From: Nannocystis bainbridge
GTDB taxonomy: Bacteria > Myxococcota_A > Polyangia > Nannocystales > Nannocystaceae
Assembly (NCBI RefSeq): GCF_028368995.1
Contig: NZ_JAQNDL010000003.1
Location: 576,001-640,000, forward strand
Direction of reading: 5' to 3'
DNA: 64,000 nt
In this document: positions 23,473 through 35,873 of the stretch, piece after piece
Numbering within the stretch: the stretch's first letter is position 1
How the letters are laid out: every line of letters begins with the position of its first letter
The notes under the pieces: generated by a model
Database searches by the model: none
What the model was told of the DNA's origin: nothing
The model's input: only the letters and a program-made list of their open reading frames with translations
Program-made: the position numbers and the translations under genes

Positions 23473-23526
23473 AAGAGCATGTCTCTCCGGGCATGCCCTT
23501 CGGGGCATGTCTCCGAGGACATGTAT
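23461..23526. repeat. 14-bp-phased palindrome array (5 units) overlapping the peptidase stop
   Basis: Units at 23461, 23475, 23489, 23503, 23517. Confidence 0.9.
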
Positions 23527-23698
23527 CTCTATAAAATCTCCGAAGCGCTGGCCTGCTCCGATGGGGCTGGTCGGTATGGCTACGAGCTCGAGATTCCGTC
23601 AGCCTCGCCCGCCGAAATCATCCGAGGCCGCGAGACCGGGCCCCACGCTCGAGCCCGATGGACATCCCTGCCTTGTCCTGCTCTCCTGTGTGCTCGCC

Positions 23699-26004
23699 AT
23701 GGCTAAAAACTCGCCGACGAGACACGACCGTATGCATCGGCCCTCGCGGCCGTCCGCGCTCCCTGCTCTGCTCGCGGCCGGTTTGGTCCTCGGCCTCTCC
23801 GCCAGCGCCTCCGCGGCCTGCGTCGACGAGGCCACCTGCACCGTCAAGAAGCCGCTCCTGCTGTTCGTGCTCGACTACTCGACCTCGATGAACAGCCCGA
23901 TCTCCGGCCCGCTGACCCGCTGGCAGGCCGCGGTCGACGGCCTCGTCGATCTCCTCGCGGAGAACGACGGCCTGCTCGCCGATCAGCTGCAGATCGGCGT
24001 GCTGCGCTTCGGCCACGATCCCGCGCCCGCGATCGCCGGCACCGCGATCGCCGGCGACGCCTCCGGCCTGGTCGACGGCCAGCGCCTCGACATCGGTTTT
24101 TATGATGCGCTCGCGCCCGACCATGCCTACCTGCAATGCAACGGCGACGCCCTGACCACCGCCCTGTTCGCCGTCCCGACGCCCCTCGACGGTCAGCCTG
24201 ACGGCATCGAGTCCTGGACCGGCGGCGCCCTCGCACAGGCCAAAACCTACTTGCAGCAGACCCTCGCCGATCACCCGCTCGACCTCGGCACGCGCGACGC
24301 GGCGATCGTGCTCGTCACCGACGGCCCGTGGACCGACCCCTCCGGCGCCACCGAGCTGGCCCCACCGGACGCCGACCCCGCCCTCGTCGCCGCCGACCTT
24401 CTCAATGACATGTCCGTTCGGACATACGTGGTCGCGCTCGGCGAGGCTGCCAATCAGCCCTGGGCCGACGCGATCGGCGTCGCCGGCGGCACCGGCTCCG
24501 CGCGCCTCGGCCTGTCCTTGCAGGGCCTGAACACCTCCCTCGCGGCGAGCGCCCGCGCCGTCGCCCGGGACGTCCGTCTGCCGCGGTGCAGCCCGACCAT
24601 GGCGCGAGCGACGGTGCTGCTCGACGCCTCGTCGTCGCTGCTCAACATCAACGGCGGCACCCAGGCCGGCCCCATGGGCACCACGTCCTGGGACCAGATC
24701 CGCGACGCCCTCACCGGCACCGCCTCGCTGTTCGACCGCCCCGTCCTCGCCAGCACGCGCGAGCACTTCTCGCTCTTCGGCCTTTCCGTGTTCGGCCACG
24801 ACACGCCCGCGCCCGGCGAGCAGCAGCGCCTCGTCGACTACGGCCTGTGTCACGAGGCCCAGTTCGCCTGGGCTCTCGATCCCGAGACCTCGTGCGAGCT
24901 GCCAGGTTGCATCGATCCATGGCAGGCCCGCCCATCACCTGGACCTTCAAAAATTCCGCCGACGAGCCCGCCCTGCCGTTCGCCGGGCCCGTCGTCAGCC
25001 ACATGCCGCGCTGCGACCTCCACCCCAACAACCCCCAGGCGTGCACCGGCTCCGGCAGCTACCTCCACCTCGGCCTCGAGCTCGTGCAAGCCGACCTCGC
25101 CGCCTACAGGTCCGCCTGCCTGGCCGACGGCGCCGCCATGCCGTGCACCGCGACGACCCCGTTCGTCAACGTCCTGATCGTCGACAGCCCCTACAACTCG
25201 AGCGACGCCGCGGTCCAGGTCCCGCTCGAGGCGATGCACGCCGCCGGCGTCACCACCCGCGTGATCGGCTTCGGCGAGCTCCTCGGCCTGCCGCTGCTCA
25301 CCACCCAGCTCGACGCCATGGCCGCCTGGGGCTCGGGCGGGCTCGAGCCCCCGCTCGAAGCCAAGAACCAGCTGCAGCTCGAGGCCGCGCTGGCGAGCAT
25401 CGCCGATGGTTTGCCCGCCGATCCGTGCTGCGACACCCGCGTGTGCAGCCCGGCCAGCTCCTGCGGCGACGGCATCGTCGACTTCGGCGAAGAGTGCGAC
25501 GACGGCAACGGCCAGACCGGCGACGGCTGCAAACCCAACTGCTTCCTCGAGCCGCCCGACGAGACCACCACCGGCGACGAGACCACCACCGGCGACGCGA
25601 CCGACACCGCGACCGACACGGCCTCGACCACCGGCACCTCGACCACCGACGCGATCACCAGCACGACCTCGACCGACACGACCTCGACCACCGGCACCTC
25701 GACCACCGACGCCATCACCGGCACCACCTCGACCACCACGCTCGACCCGACGACGACGACGACCGCGACGACCTTCGTCCCCACGACCGACGGCCCGCCC
25801 ACCACGCAGGGCCCCGGCGACACCTCCGACACGACCGCCAGCAGCAGCAGCGCCACCGACTCCGCAGGCACCGGCGGCATGAACGCGAGCGACGGTTGCA
25901 ACTGCAACAGCGACCCATCCCGCGACCTCGGGCCCGCCTTCTTGTTGGCCCTCGCCGCCCTCGCCCGCCGACGCCGTGACAGGGCCGTTTCGCCCTGTCT
26001 CTGA
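23699..26004 (+). pseudogene. double-vWA surface protein with DUF4215-type Cys repeat, Thr-rich stalk and MYXO-CTERM-like tail; one frameshift near 24921 (real or sequencing error)
   Basis: VLDYSTSM and LLDASSSL MIDAS motifs in one frame; reading continues (DPW/AGPPITWTF) in another frame to CGDGIVDFGEECDDGN and GCNC...LLALAALARRRR. Confidence 0.8.
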
Positions 26005-26076
26005 AGCCATGTCTCTGCGGCACCCAGGGGTCGAGCGGGTGCTCGATCCACCGGGGCTCTCAAACAAGTTGCGCGC

Positions 26077-26661
26077 TCACGTCGACCGCGTGAACTCGTC
26101 GATCTCGCCGCGCAGCCACGCCGTGAAGTCCGCGTAGTCGTGCGCCTCGGCCGACACCCGGGCCCCGCCCTCGCGCTTGCGGGCGAACAGCGGCTCCTCG
26201 GCGTGGTGGCGGCACACCGGGTATTCTGGCCCGGGCGCGCTGGTGTCGAAGCACCACTGCCCGCCCCCCCCGGCGTCGGCGAACGCCACCAGGTGGTCGG
26301 TGACGATCGCGTACTCGCTGCCGTCGTCGTCGACCCACCGCACCCCGGGCCCGACGCGCACGTGCTCGCGCGTGTGCGCGGCCGCCTCGCGCGGCGTGTA
26401 CGCGCACAGCTCCACCACCTCGCCGGCCGCGTCGAGCACCCGCAGCGAGCCGAACGACGCCATGAACGCGCTCCAGCTCGGCGGCGGCGAGAACTCGACC
26501 TCCGGCCGCAGCGCCGCCACTAGTTCGCTCAGCACCGCCGGTGGCACCGCCCCGTAGACCGCCCCGAGGTCGCGCTCGGCCGCCACGGCGATCAGCCCGT
26601 AGACCAACTCGTCGAGGCCGCCGCTGCCCCCCTTGCCCTTCGCAACTGTCTTTCGCGCCAT
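26077..26661 (-). CDS. SMI1/KNR4 (SUKH) family protein
   Basis: PPPSWSAFM, LVAFADAGGGGQWCFD, DFTAWL pattern. Confidence 0.75.
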   Translation of the reverse strand: MARKTVAKGKGGSGGLDELVYGLIAVAAERDLGAVYGAVPPAVLSELVAALRPEVEFSPPPSWSAFMASFGSLRVLDAAGEVVELCAYTPREAAAHTREHVRVGPGVRWVDDDGSEYAIVTDHLVAFADAGGGGQWCFDTSAPGPEYPVCRHHAEEPLFARKREGGARVSAEAHDYADFTAWLRGEIDEFTRST

Positions 26662-26750
26662 GTCCTCTCCGACCTTGCCCTTCGGACCTGCCCTCTACGC
26701 CATGTCCGGATCGACCTTGCCCTTCGGACCTGTCCTCCATGACATGTCCG
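26656..26750. repeat. two 42-bp repeats, each made of three 14-bp motif units
   Basis: gccatgtcc....cgaccttgcccttcggacctg(c/t)cc repeated at a 42-bp distance. Confidence 0.8.
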
Positions 26751-26810
26751 AGAGCCCCCGGCCCCGGCCTCGCGCTTCGGACCTGTCCTTCATTCCCTGC
26801 CCCGAGCGCC

Positions 26811-27599
26811 TCAGAAGCGCAGGCGCAGCCCCGCCCCGCCGGTCCATTGCAGCCGCGTCGGCCCGAGGGCGATGCTGTCGAGCTTGCGCTTCGACTTGAC
26901 CGCCTGCACCAGTAGGCCGATGGCTGCCCCGGTCACGAACAGGCCGAAGAGCCCGCTCCAGTAGCCGCCGGCCACCAGCCCGCCCTTCGGCTTCTCCGCC
27001 TCTTTCATGGGCAGGCCGCCCATAGCGTTCCAGTCCAGCGCCTCCGCGTACTCCTTCTTGCGCTGGACATGGATCGTCAGCATCGCCGCCGCGCCCCCGA
27101 GCGCCCCGAGCCCGAGCACCAGCAGCCCGGCGCCGAGCCCGATCTGCCGCTTGTACGCGCCGGCGATCCGCACCCGCCGTCGGCCGAGCTCGTCGATGCG
27201 CTGATCGACCAGCATCTGCTCGTCGGGCGACGCGTGCGGGCGGAACGCCTGGTACTCGCTCACCGCGGTGTTGAGCTTGCCCTGCGCCTCCGCCAGCACC
27301 GCCAGGTTGAAGTGCATCGGCCGCCAGTTCGGCGCGAAGAAGGCCACCCGGCGGAACTCCGCCTCCGAACCGACGTAGTTCCCCTTATTAAAATGGTCGA
27401 CCGCCTTGAAGGCGTGCTTCTGCGCCTGAGGGTTAAGCGCCTCCGTCAGCTCCGCGCTCGCCGGCTCCGGCTGCTCCGCCTCGGCCGGCTCCCCCGCCTC
27501 GCGCGCATGGACCGTCGTGGGCGCGGCCAGCGAGGCCGCGCACGCGCAGGCCACGGCCGCGCGGCCGAGCCTTCGACATGCTGTTTCGGACATCTTCAT
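26811..27599 (-). CDS. TPR-containing exported/membrane protein (paralog 2)
   Basis: Signal peptide; VAFFAPNWRPMHFNLAVLAEAQGKL TPR; two hydrophobic segments; ends GGAGLRLRF. Confidence 0.8.
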   Translation of the reverse strand: MKMSETACRRLGRAAVACACAASLAAPTTVHAREAGEPAEAEQPEPASAELTEALNPQAQKHAFKAVDHFNKGNYVGSEAEFRRVAFFAPNWRPMHFNLAVLAEAQGKLNTAVSEYQAFRPHASPDEQMLVDQRIDELGRRRVRIAGAYKRQIGLGAGLLVLGLGALGGAAAMLTIHVQRKKEYAEALDWNAMGGLPMKEAEKPKGGLVAGGYWSGLFGLFVTGAAIGLLVQAVKSKRKLDSIALGPTRLQWTGGAGLRLRF

Positions 27600-27636
27600 G
27601 GCCGCTCGCCTCTCGGACCGGCTCTCCGGCGCCTCG

Positions 27637-27675
27637 ACACCTGTCTCGAACAACATGTCCCTCACGCCATGCCCC
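27637..27675. repeat. 14-bp-phased motif array (3 units)
   Basis: TGYC at 27642, 27656, 27670. Confidence 0.75.
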
Positions 27676-27680
27676 GAAGG

Positions 27681-28550
27681 TCAGAAGCGCAGCGTGACCC
27701 CGGCCCCGCCGTTCCACTTGAGGCGGGTCTTGCCGAGGTTGATGCCGTCGAGCTGGCGCTTCGACTTGATGGCGTTGCGCAGCGGGATGATCGAGTACGT
27801 CGTCAGCAGCAGGCCGACGATCACGACGTAGATGCCGCCGTACAGCATCAGCTTCCCGCGCCGCTCGAACTTGTCGGACTCTTCGCGGAGGCCGGCCGCA
27901 TGCTCCGCGTACTCGTTGTAACATTGGCTGCCCACGTCCGGCTGAGGACAGTTATTCCCCATCTGAACGACCGTCTCCGCCGCCGCGTCCCACTCCTTGG
28001 CCTTCTCGGTCTGCTTCGGCCCGAGGATGAACATCGCCACCGCGCCGCCGATCGCTCCGACCCCGAGCGTCATCGCCGTCGCGCTGAGCGCGATCTGCCG
28101 CTTGTACGCCCCTGCGATGTTCGTCTTCCGTCGCCCCAGCTCGTCGAGCCGCTGATCGACCACCATTTGCTCGTCGGGCGACCCGTGCGGCCGGAATTCC
28201 TTGTACTCCGACACCGCCGTCCCGAGCTTGCCCTGCGCCTCCGCCAGCACCCCCAAATTGAAGTGCAGCGGCCGCCAGCGCGGCGCGAAGAAAGCCACCC
28301 GGCGCCACTCCTCTTCCGAGTCGACGAACGCCCCATTTTTAAAATGTTCGATCGCCTTGACCGCGTGCTTTTGGGCCTGCGCGTTCAGCTCCTCCGAAGT
28401 CTCCGCCGACGACGGCGCCGGCCCCTCCGGCTCGGTCGCCGACGCCACCGACGGCGTCGCCAGCGAGGCGGCACAGATCACCGCGACCGCCGCCCGGCCC
28501 AGCTTGCGTCCTGTCCCTTCGAACATGTTCCTTGAACCTTGCAGCAGCAT
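27681..28550 (-). CDS. TPR-containing exported/membrane protein (paralog 1)
   Basis: VAFFAPRWRPLHFNLGVLAEAQGKL; ends GGAGVTLRF; start overlaps the upstream stop (alternative ATG 28526). Confidence 0.8.
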   Translation of the reverse strand: MLLQGSRNMFEGTGRKLGRAAVAVICAASLATPSVASATEPEGPAPSSAETSEELNAQAQKHAVKAIEHFKNGAFVDSEEEWRRVAFFAPRWRPLHFNLGVLAEAQGKLGTAVSEYKEFRPHGSPDEQMVVDQRLDELGRRKTNIAGAYKRQIALSATAMTLGVGAIGGAVAMFILGPKQTEKAKEWDAAAETVVQMGNNCPQPDVGSQCYNEYAEHAAGLREESDKFERRGKLMLYGGIYVVIVGLLLTTYSIIPLRNAIKSKRQLDGINLGKTRLKWNGGAGVTLRF

Positions 28551-29626
28551 CACTCGCCGTCCTTCGGCACGATCTCATAGGACTTCGTCACCCGCGACCA
28601 GCGGGAGATCGGCACCTGCGCCAGCGCCTTCTCCAGCTTGTCCGCGTAGGCCAGGCCCTCGCCGGCGTCCATCGCCGCCGGCTTGAAGCGGTCGAAGTCC
28701 TCGCGGTGGGTGAACGCGTAGACCACCAGCGTCTCGCGGGCGGGCGTGTTCGGGTCGCGCAGGCTCGCCGCGATCGCCTTCTCGTCGGGCGTCGGCAGGA
28801 CCAGGCTGGCCTTGCCCTTGATCGTCGGCAGCGGCACCGAGTCGCTCGGATACACCACCCCGCCGGCCGCGGTCTCCTCGAGCGCGATGACGATCAGGTA
28901 CGCCGTCTCGCTGGCCGAGAACTCGAAGTGGACCCGCTCGCCGTCGACGAACTTCTCCGGCATCTTGACCCAGAAGTCGAACTGCTTCTGCTGGGCCGCG
29001 CGGTCGTAGGAGAACGCGTACGCCTGCGGGTCGCCCCACTCCATCGAGTCGAGCGCCTCCGTCGCCGCCTCGCGGCCGCCCTGGACGCCGATGCCGCCCT
29101 TGCCCACGCGGCCCTTCGCCGCGCCCTCGGCCGAGCGGACCAGCTTGCGGAAGCCCGAGCCGACGCGGACCGACTTGACGATCACCTCGCCGCACGGCCC
29201 GTCGGTGTCGGCGGTCAGCGTCTTCACGTTCTGGATCTCGTACTCCGCCTCGACCGAGCGGCCGTAGCGGGCCTCGAGCTTGAGCATGTCCATGTAGCCG
29301 CCGGCGAACGCCGTCAGGTCGCCGAGGCCGACGCGGTACTTCTTCTTGTAGCTCGACGACGACTCCTTGACCCGGACCTCGCAGCCGGGCGCGCGCTCGT
29401 CCGCGATCGTCCACGCCCCCGCCGTCGTCACCCGCACCTGGCGGCCGAGCAGCGCCTCGGCGTCGCCGGTCGGCTCGAGCAGGAAGTGGGTGTCGGACGA
29501 GAACCCGCCGATCTTCTCCGCCACCTCGGAGTCGGCCTTGGGCGCGGCCAGGAAGCCTTGCTTCGTACATGCCCCGAGGGACATGCCCCCGAGGACAGCC
29601 ATCACGACCCACGCGGCGCGGCTCAT
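28550..29626 (-). CDS. lipoprotein with C-terminal DUF4384-like domain
   Basis: Lipobox LGAC; FVDGERVHFEFSASETAYLIVI...VVYP...ETLVVYA pattern; ATGA overlap with the caspase gene. Confidence 0.7.
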   Translation of the reverse strand: MSRAAWVVMAVLGGMSLGACTKQGFLAAPKADSEVAEKIGGFSSDTHFLLEPTGDAEALLGRQVRVTTAGAWTIADERAPGCEVRVKESSSSYKKKYRVGLGDLTAFAGGYMDMLKLEARYGRSVEAEYEIQNVKTLTADTDGPCGEVIVKSVRVGSGFRKLVRSAEGAAKGRVGKGGIGVQGGREAATEALDSMEWGDPQAYAFSYDRAAQQKQFDFWVKMPEKFVDGERVHFEFSASETAYLIVIALEETAAGGVVYPSDSVPLPTIKGKASLVLPTPDEKAIAASLRDPNTPARETLVVYAFTHREDFDRFKPAAMDAGEGLAYADKLEKALAQVPISRWSRVTKSYEIVPKDGE

Positions 29627-30711
29627 CGCGAGTACCCCCACGAGACGATGAACTCGTCGGCGGCGCTGAGCTTCTTGCCGAGCGTCAGGTGCGGCGTCTG
29701 CTCGCGGTTGGCCTTCTTGGCCTCGCGCTTGACCCGGGGCCCGATCCACTCCGCCAGCTCCTTGAGCGAGATCTGGCCGTCGCCGTTGATGTCGCCCTGG
29801 CCGCTGCCGATCGCCTCGATCAGGTACTTCGAGAACAGCCCGCCCGAGCCGTCGGCGGCCGGGCCCGAGATCTCGGCGCCCGACGAGGCCGACAGCATCG
29901 CCACGCGGGTCTGCGGCTTCACGTCCTCGATGCGGACCAGCGGGCGCGTCCCCGGGGCCAGGACCGAGCGGCCGCCGGCGCCGGAGAAGCACGAGTCGGC
30001 CATCGCCAGCACGTCCTTCGCCTTGGTCTTCTCGAGGTCGCCGAGCACCTCGGTCATCGGGATCGCCGTGTCCTTGAGGTACTGCGGATCGCCGTCGAAC
30101 GGCACGATGTAGCTGACGCCGGTCGTCGGCTCGGGCGCCCCGTGGCCGCTGAAATAGAAGTACACCCGGCCGCCGCTGGGCACGTTGGCCTGCAGCCAGC
30201 GCATCTGCTTGGCGATGTCGGTGCGGCTGGCGCGGTCGTCGAGCAGCACCTTGATGTTGTCCTCGGGCACGCCGAGGGTGACCCGCGCCAGCTCGGCGAA
30301 CTTCTCCGCGTCCGAGCGGGCCCCGCCGGCCGGCGTCACGTCGCGGTACTTCTCGATGCCGACGATCAGCGCGTACGCGGTCGGCTGAGGCGACGCCGAC
30401 ACCATCGACGCGCCCTTGCTGCCGCCGCCGCCGCCGCCGCCGTTGTTCTTGATCCGCGCGCTCGGCTCGTCGCCGGTGGCCCGCCAGTCGGAGCTGCCGG
30501 AGTCGCCGGAGCCGCCGACTTCGTTGCTCGCCATCCGCGAGTCGCCGCCGCCGGAGCCGAGCGAGCCGGCGTCGACGCGCAGCTCGGAGGGGATGATGAG
30601 GGGCGGGAGCTCGTCGACCGGGGTGGCGGTGGCGATCTGCTGTTGTTTGCAGGCCGGCGCCAGGAGCAGCGCGGCGAGGGGTAAAACGATGCGACGCGAC
30701 ACGGGGGACAT
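29623..30711 (-). CDS. caspase-family (peptidase C14) lipoprotein
   Basis: Lipobox LAPAC; YALIVGIEKY, FYFSGHG (His), ADSCFSG (Cys), GLFSKYL, DINGDGQISLKEL, QTP. Confidence 0.92.
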   Translation of the reverse strand: MSPVSRRIVLPLAALLLAPACKQQQIATATPVDELPPLIIPSELRVDAGSLGSGGGDSRMASNEVGGSGDSGSSDWRATGDEPSARIKNNGGGGGGGSKGASMVSASPQPTAYALIVGIEKYRDVTPAGGARSDAEKFAELARVTLGVPEDNIKVLLDDRASRTDIAKQMRWLQANVPSGGRVYFYFSGHGAPEPTTGVSYIVPFDGDPQYLKDTAIPMTEVLGDLEKTKAKDVLAMADSCFSGAGGRSVLAPGTRPLVRIEDVKPQTRVAMLSASSGAEISGPAADGSGGLFSKYLIEAIGSGQGDINGDGQISLKELAEWIGPRVKREAKKANREQTPHLTLGKKLSAADEFIVSWGYSR

Positions 30712-30751
30712 CCATATCCGTGCGCCGCTGCTACAGTCAACGCACCCCCGG

Positions 30752-31584
30752 ATGATTGAAGTCGTCGATCTCACCAAGTCCTTCCCGATCTCGCGCCAGC
30801 AACGGCGCGAGCAGGCTGCCGCGGGGCCTCCAGCACCCGGCGCCGCGCCGGCTCCTGGAGCCGCGGGCGCGTCGAGCCTCCAGGCTGTCGCCGGCGCCAG
30901 CTTCCGCTGCCTGCCCGGACGCGTATTCGCCCTCCTCGGGCCCAACGGCGCCGGCAAGACCACCGTCTTGCGCATGATCGCCACCCTGCTGCGCCCTGAC
31001 GGCGGGCGGATCTCGATCGCCGGCGTCGATGCCCTGGCCGACCCGGTCGCGGCCCGCCGCCGGCTCGGCTTCCTCACCGGCTCGACCAAGCTTTACGAGC
31101 GCCTGACCGCCGAGGAGAACGTGCGCTACGCCGCCGACCTCCACGGCGTCGGCGCCGCGGACTACAAGCGCCGCCGCGACGCCCTGTTCGCCGCGCTCGG
31201 CATCGACGCCTACGCCGGCCGCCGCGCGGGCCAGCTCTCGACCGGCATGAAGCAGAAGGTCGCAATCGCCCGCACCATCATCCACGACCCCGAGGTGGTC
31301 GTGTTCGACGAGGCCACCTCCGGGCTCGACGTCATCGCCGCGCGGGCCATCATCCAGCTGATCCAGGACTGCCGCGCCCGGGGCAAGACCGTCCTGTTCT
31401 CGACCCACATCATGAGCGAGGTGACGATGCTCGCCGACGACCTCGCGGTGGTCCATCGCGGCCGCCTGCTGGCGATGGGCGGCCTCGAGGAGGTCCTGGC
31501 CCGCGCCGTCGACGAGCGCGGCCAGCGGCGCACGCTCGAGGACGAATTCGTGCGGCTCGTCGACGCCGCCGAGGAGGTGCGGAC

Positions 31585-31588
<4 letters not shown>
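30752..31588 (+). CDS. ABC transporter ATP-binding protein, NatA-like
   Basis: GPNGAGKT, LSTGMKQK, VVFDEATSGLD, FSTH. Confidence 0.92.
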
Positions 31589-32793
<1,205 letters not shown>

Positions 32794-33311
32794 AGCAGAT
32801 CCCGCCCCCGCATCGGCGGGAGGCGGGTCGTCCGCTCCAGTCGCAGTTCACCCGGGCGCATGGCTGGGGCCGTCGTGCGCCCCCTGATAGCGGGCCGTGA
32901 AGCCCCTCGCCGCAATGATCACACATGGGCGAGCGCCCCATGAACAAAGGTACGACGGGTGGCGACGAGGTCCGGCCTGCACCCCGCCGGGCCGACCTGT
33001 TGCGGGGCATTGGCGCCCCCGAGCGCGCGCCAATGTCGTCTATCGCCCCCCGAATGATGATTGTTCGCAACTCATCATTGCGATGGGAGCGGGTCACGGA
33101 CGCCTGTCCGGCGGACAATTGACCATTCCTGCGAATCGAGCTTCTGGAGCATCACGCCAATATCGGCGGCATGCGGCTGCGCGGCGACTCTATGCATATG
33201 TAAGACACGCCCCTCCGCCGCCGCAATACCCCGCCGGCGCGGGCCGCGAAAAACCATTTCCACACCTTCACACCGCCGTGGTAGGGTGGCTGCGTGAATG
33301 GGAGGAGCGTA

Positions 33312-34520
<1,209 letters not shown>

Positions 34521-34625
34521 TCATACCTGCCCGCACGCGCACCCGGCCGTCGCCCGCGACGCGCCGGGTGTCGTCATTCGCGAATCACAGCACCCGCTCG
34601 GCGCCGGCGATCGTCGGCGCGGCGC

Positions 34626-35633
34626 TCACGACGCCCGCGCCTGGGCCCGGTAGCGCGTCGGCGTCGTGCCCGCCCAGCGCTGAAACGCGCGCGTGAACGA
34701 GTTCAGCTCCTCGAACCCGAGCAGGAACGCCACCAGGCCAGCGTCGAGCTCGGTGCGCGTCAGCAACCGCCGCGCCGCCTGCTCGCGCACCTCGTCGAGC
34801 AACTGTTGATAGTTGGTCCCGGCCGCCTCCAGGCGGCGCTGGAGCGTGCGCGGGCTGACCCGCAGGTCGCGCGCGACCTTTTCGACCGAGGGGCGCTCGC
34901 CGCACATGCAGCGGCACATCGCCAGCCGCGCCTCGTCGGCGAGCGGGCGGCGCTGCCCGTTCGCGGCGGGCTCGACTTCGAGGCCCGGCAGCAGCAGCGC
35001 CAGCAGCTCGGCCTCGTGGCGCACGAACGGCTCGGCGAGCGCGGCCGCCGGCAGCACCAGCAGATCGGTCGGCGCCTCGAACTGGACCGGGCAGCCGAAA
35101 TGCCGCACCAGCAGCGCCGCGTCGGCCCGCCGCCGCGTCAGCTCGACCCGCCGCGGCGCGATCGGCTGGCGCGTGCCGCGTCGCAACAGCGCCAGCATCG
35201 ACGCGAACGTCGCGTCGACGAGCAGCCGCGGCGGGTCGCGCTCGGCCAGCAGCCACTGGCATCGCACCCGCGCCTCGTCGTCGACGCGCGTCACCGTCAC
35301 CTCCTCGGGGCACTCGAGCTGCCTGAACCTGCCGAGCTTGGCCAGCGCGTCGCCGACGTCCGCCGCGTGCAGGGCCGCCAGCGCGGCCCTGTCGAATCGC
35401 TGCGCCAGCGCCTCGGCCCCGAGCCGCAGCCCGAGGTCGGGCGCATCGGCGAGCGCCTCGATCGCCTGCCACACCGCGAAGAACTCGGCGGTCGTGAGGC
35501 GCCCGCGCGGCGGTCCCGGCTCCGCCGACGAGACCCCGGCGCGCGCGAGGATCTGCGCGACGTCGAGGCCGAGCGCGGCCAGCCGCGCGAGCATTACCCC
35601 GGGGACGGGGACCAGGTCCGCCATCGCGCTCAT
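34626..35633 (-). CDS. AraC-family transcriptional regulator
   Basis: HFGCPVQF, VSPRTLQRRL, LLGFEELNSFTRAFQRWAGTTP. Confidence 0.92.
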   Translation of the reverse strand: MSAMADLVPVPGVMLARLAALGLDVAQILARAGVSSAEPGPPRGRLTTAEFFAVWQAIEALADAPDLGLRLGAEALAQRFDRAALAALHAADVGDALAKLGRFRQLECPEEVTVTRVDDEARVRCQWLLAERDPPRLLVDATFASMLALLRRGTRQPIAPRRVELTRRRADAALLVRHFGCPVQFEAPTDLLVLPAAALAEPFVRHEAELLALLLPGLEVEPAANGQRRPLADEARLAMCRCMCGERPSVEKVARDLRVSPRTLQRRLEAAGTNYQQLLDEVREQAARRLLTRTELDAGLVAFLLGFEELNSFTRAFQRWAGTTPTRYRAQARAS

Positions 35634-35798
35634 CGTCGCACGGCCGGCGGCATCGCCGCCACCGCTGGCGAACCCCGGGACCGCCGCGAAATCGCTCGTC
35701 CCGCGGCGCCACCTCGCTGGCCACCGAACATCGGCCGCGAGCGACCCACATCGCCTGTCGCTGTCCTCCGGCGAGCAGCGTCCGCGGCTCGCGGAGAA

Positions 35799-35853
35799 TC
35801 ACATGTCCCGATGGACATGTGCTCATGGCCATCCTCGGCTGTCCCCCAGGACA
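35799..35853. repeat. motif array containing two perfect TGTCC-N4-GGACA sites
   Basis: 35804..35817 and 35840..35853, downstream of the Coq4-family gene. Confidence 0.85.
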
Positions 35854-35873
35854 GCCAGTCTCCTGCCCGCCCG

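Noticed and set aside
28550-30715. 721-aa ORF as a single gene
   Set aside because: Its 5' half overlaps the caspase gene in another frame; the real start is ATG 29626 with a lipoprotein signal
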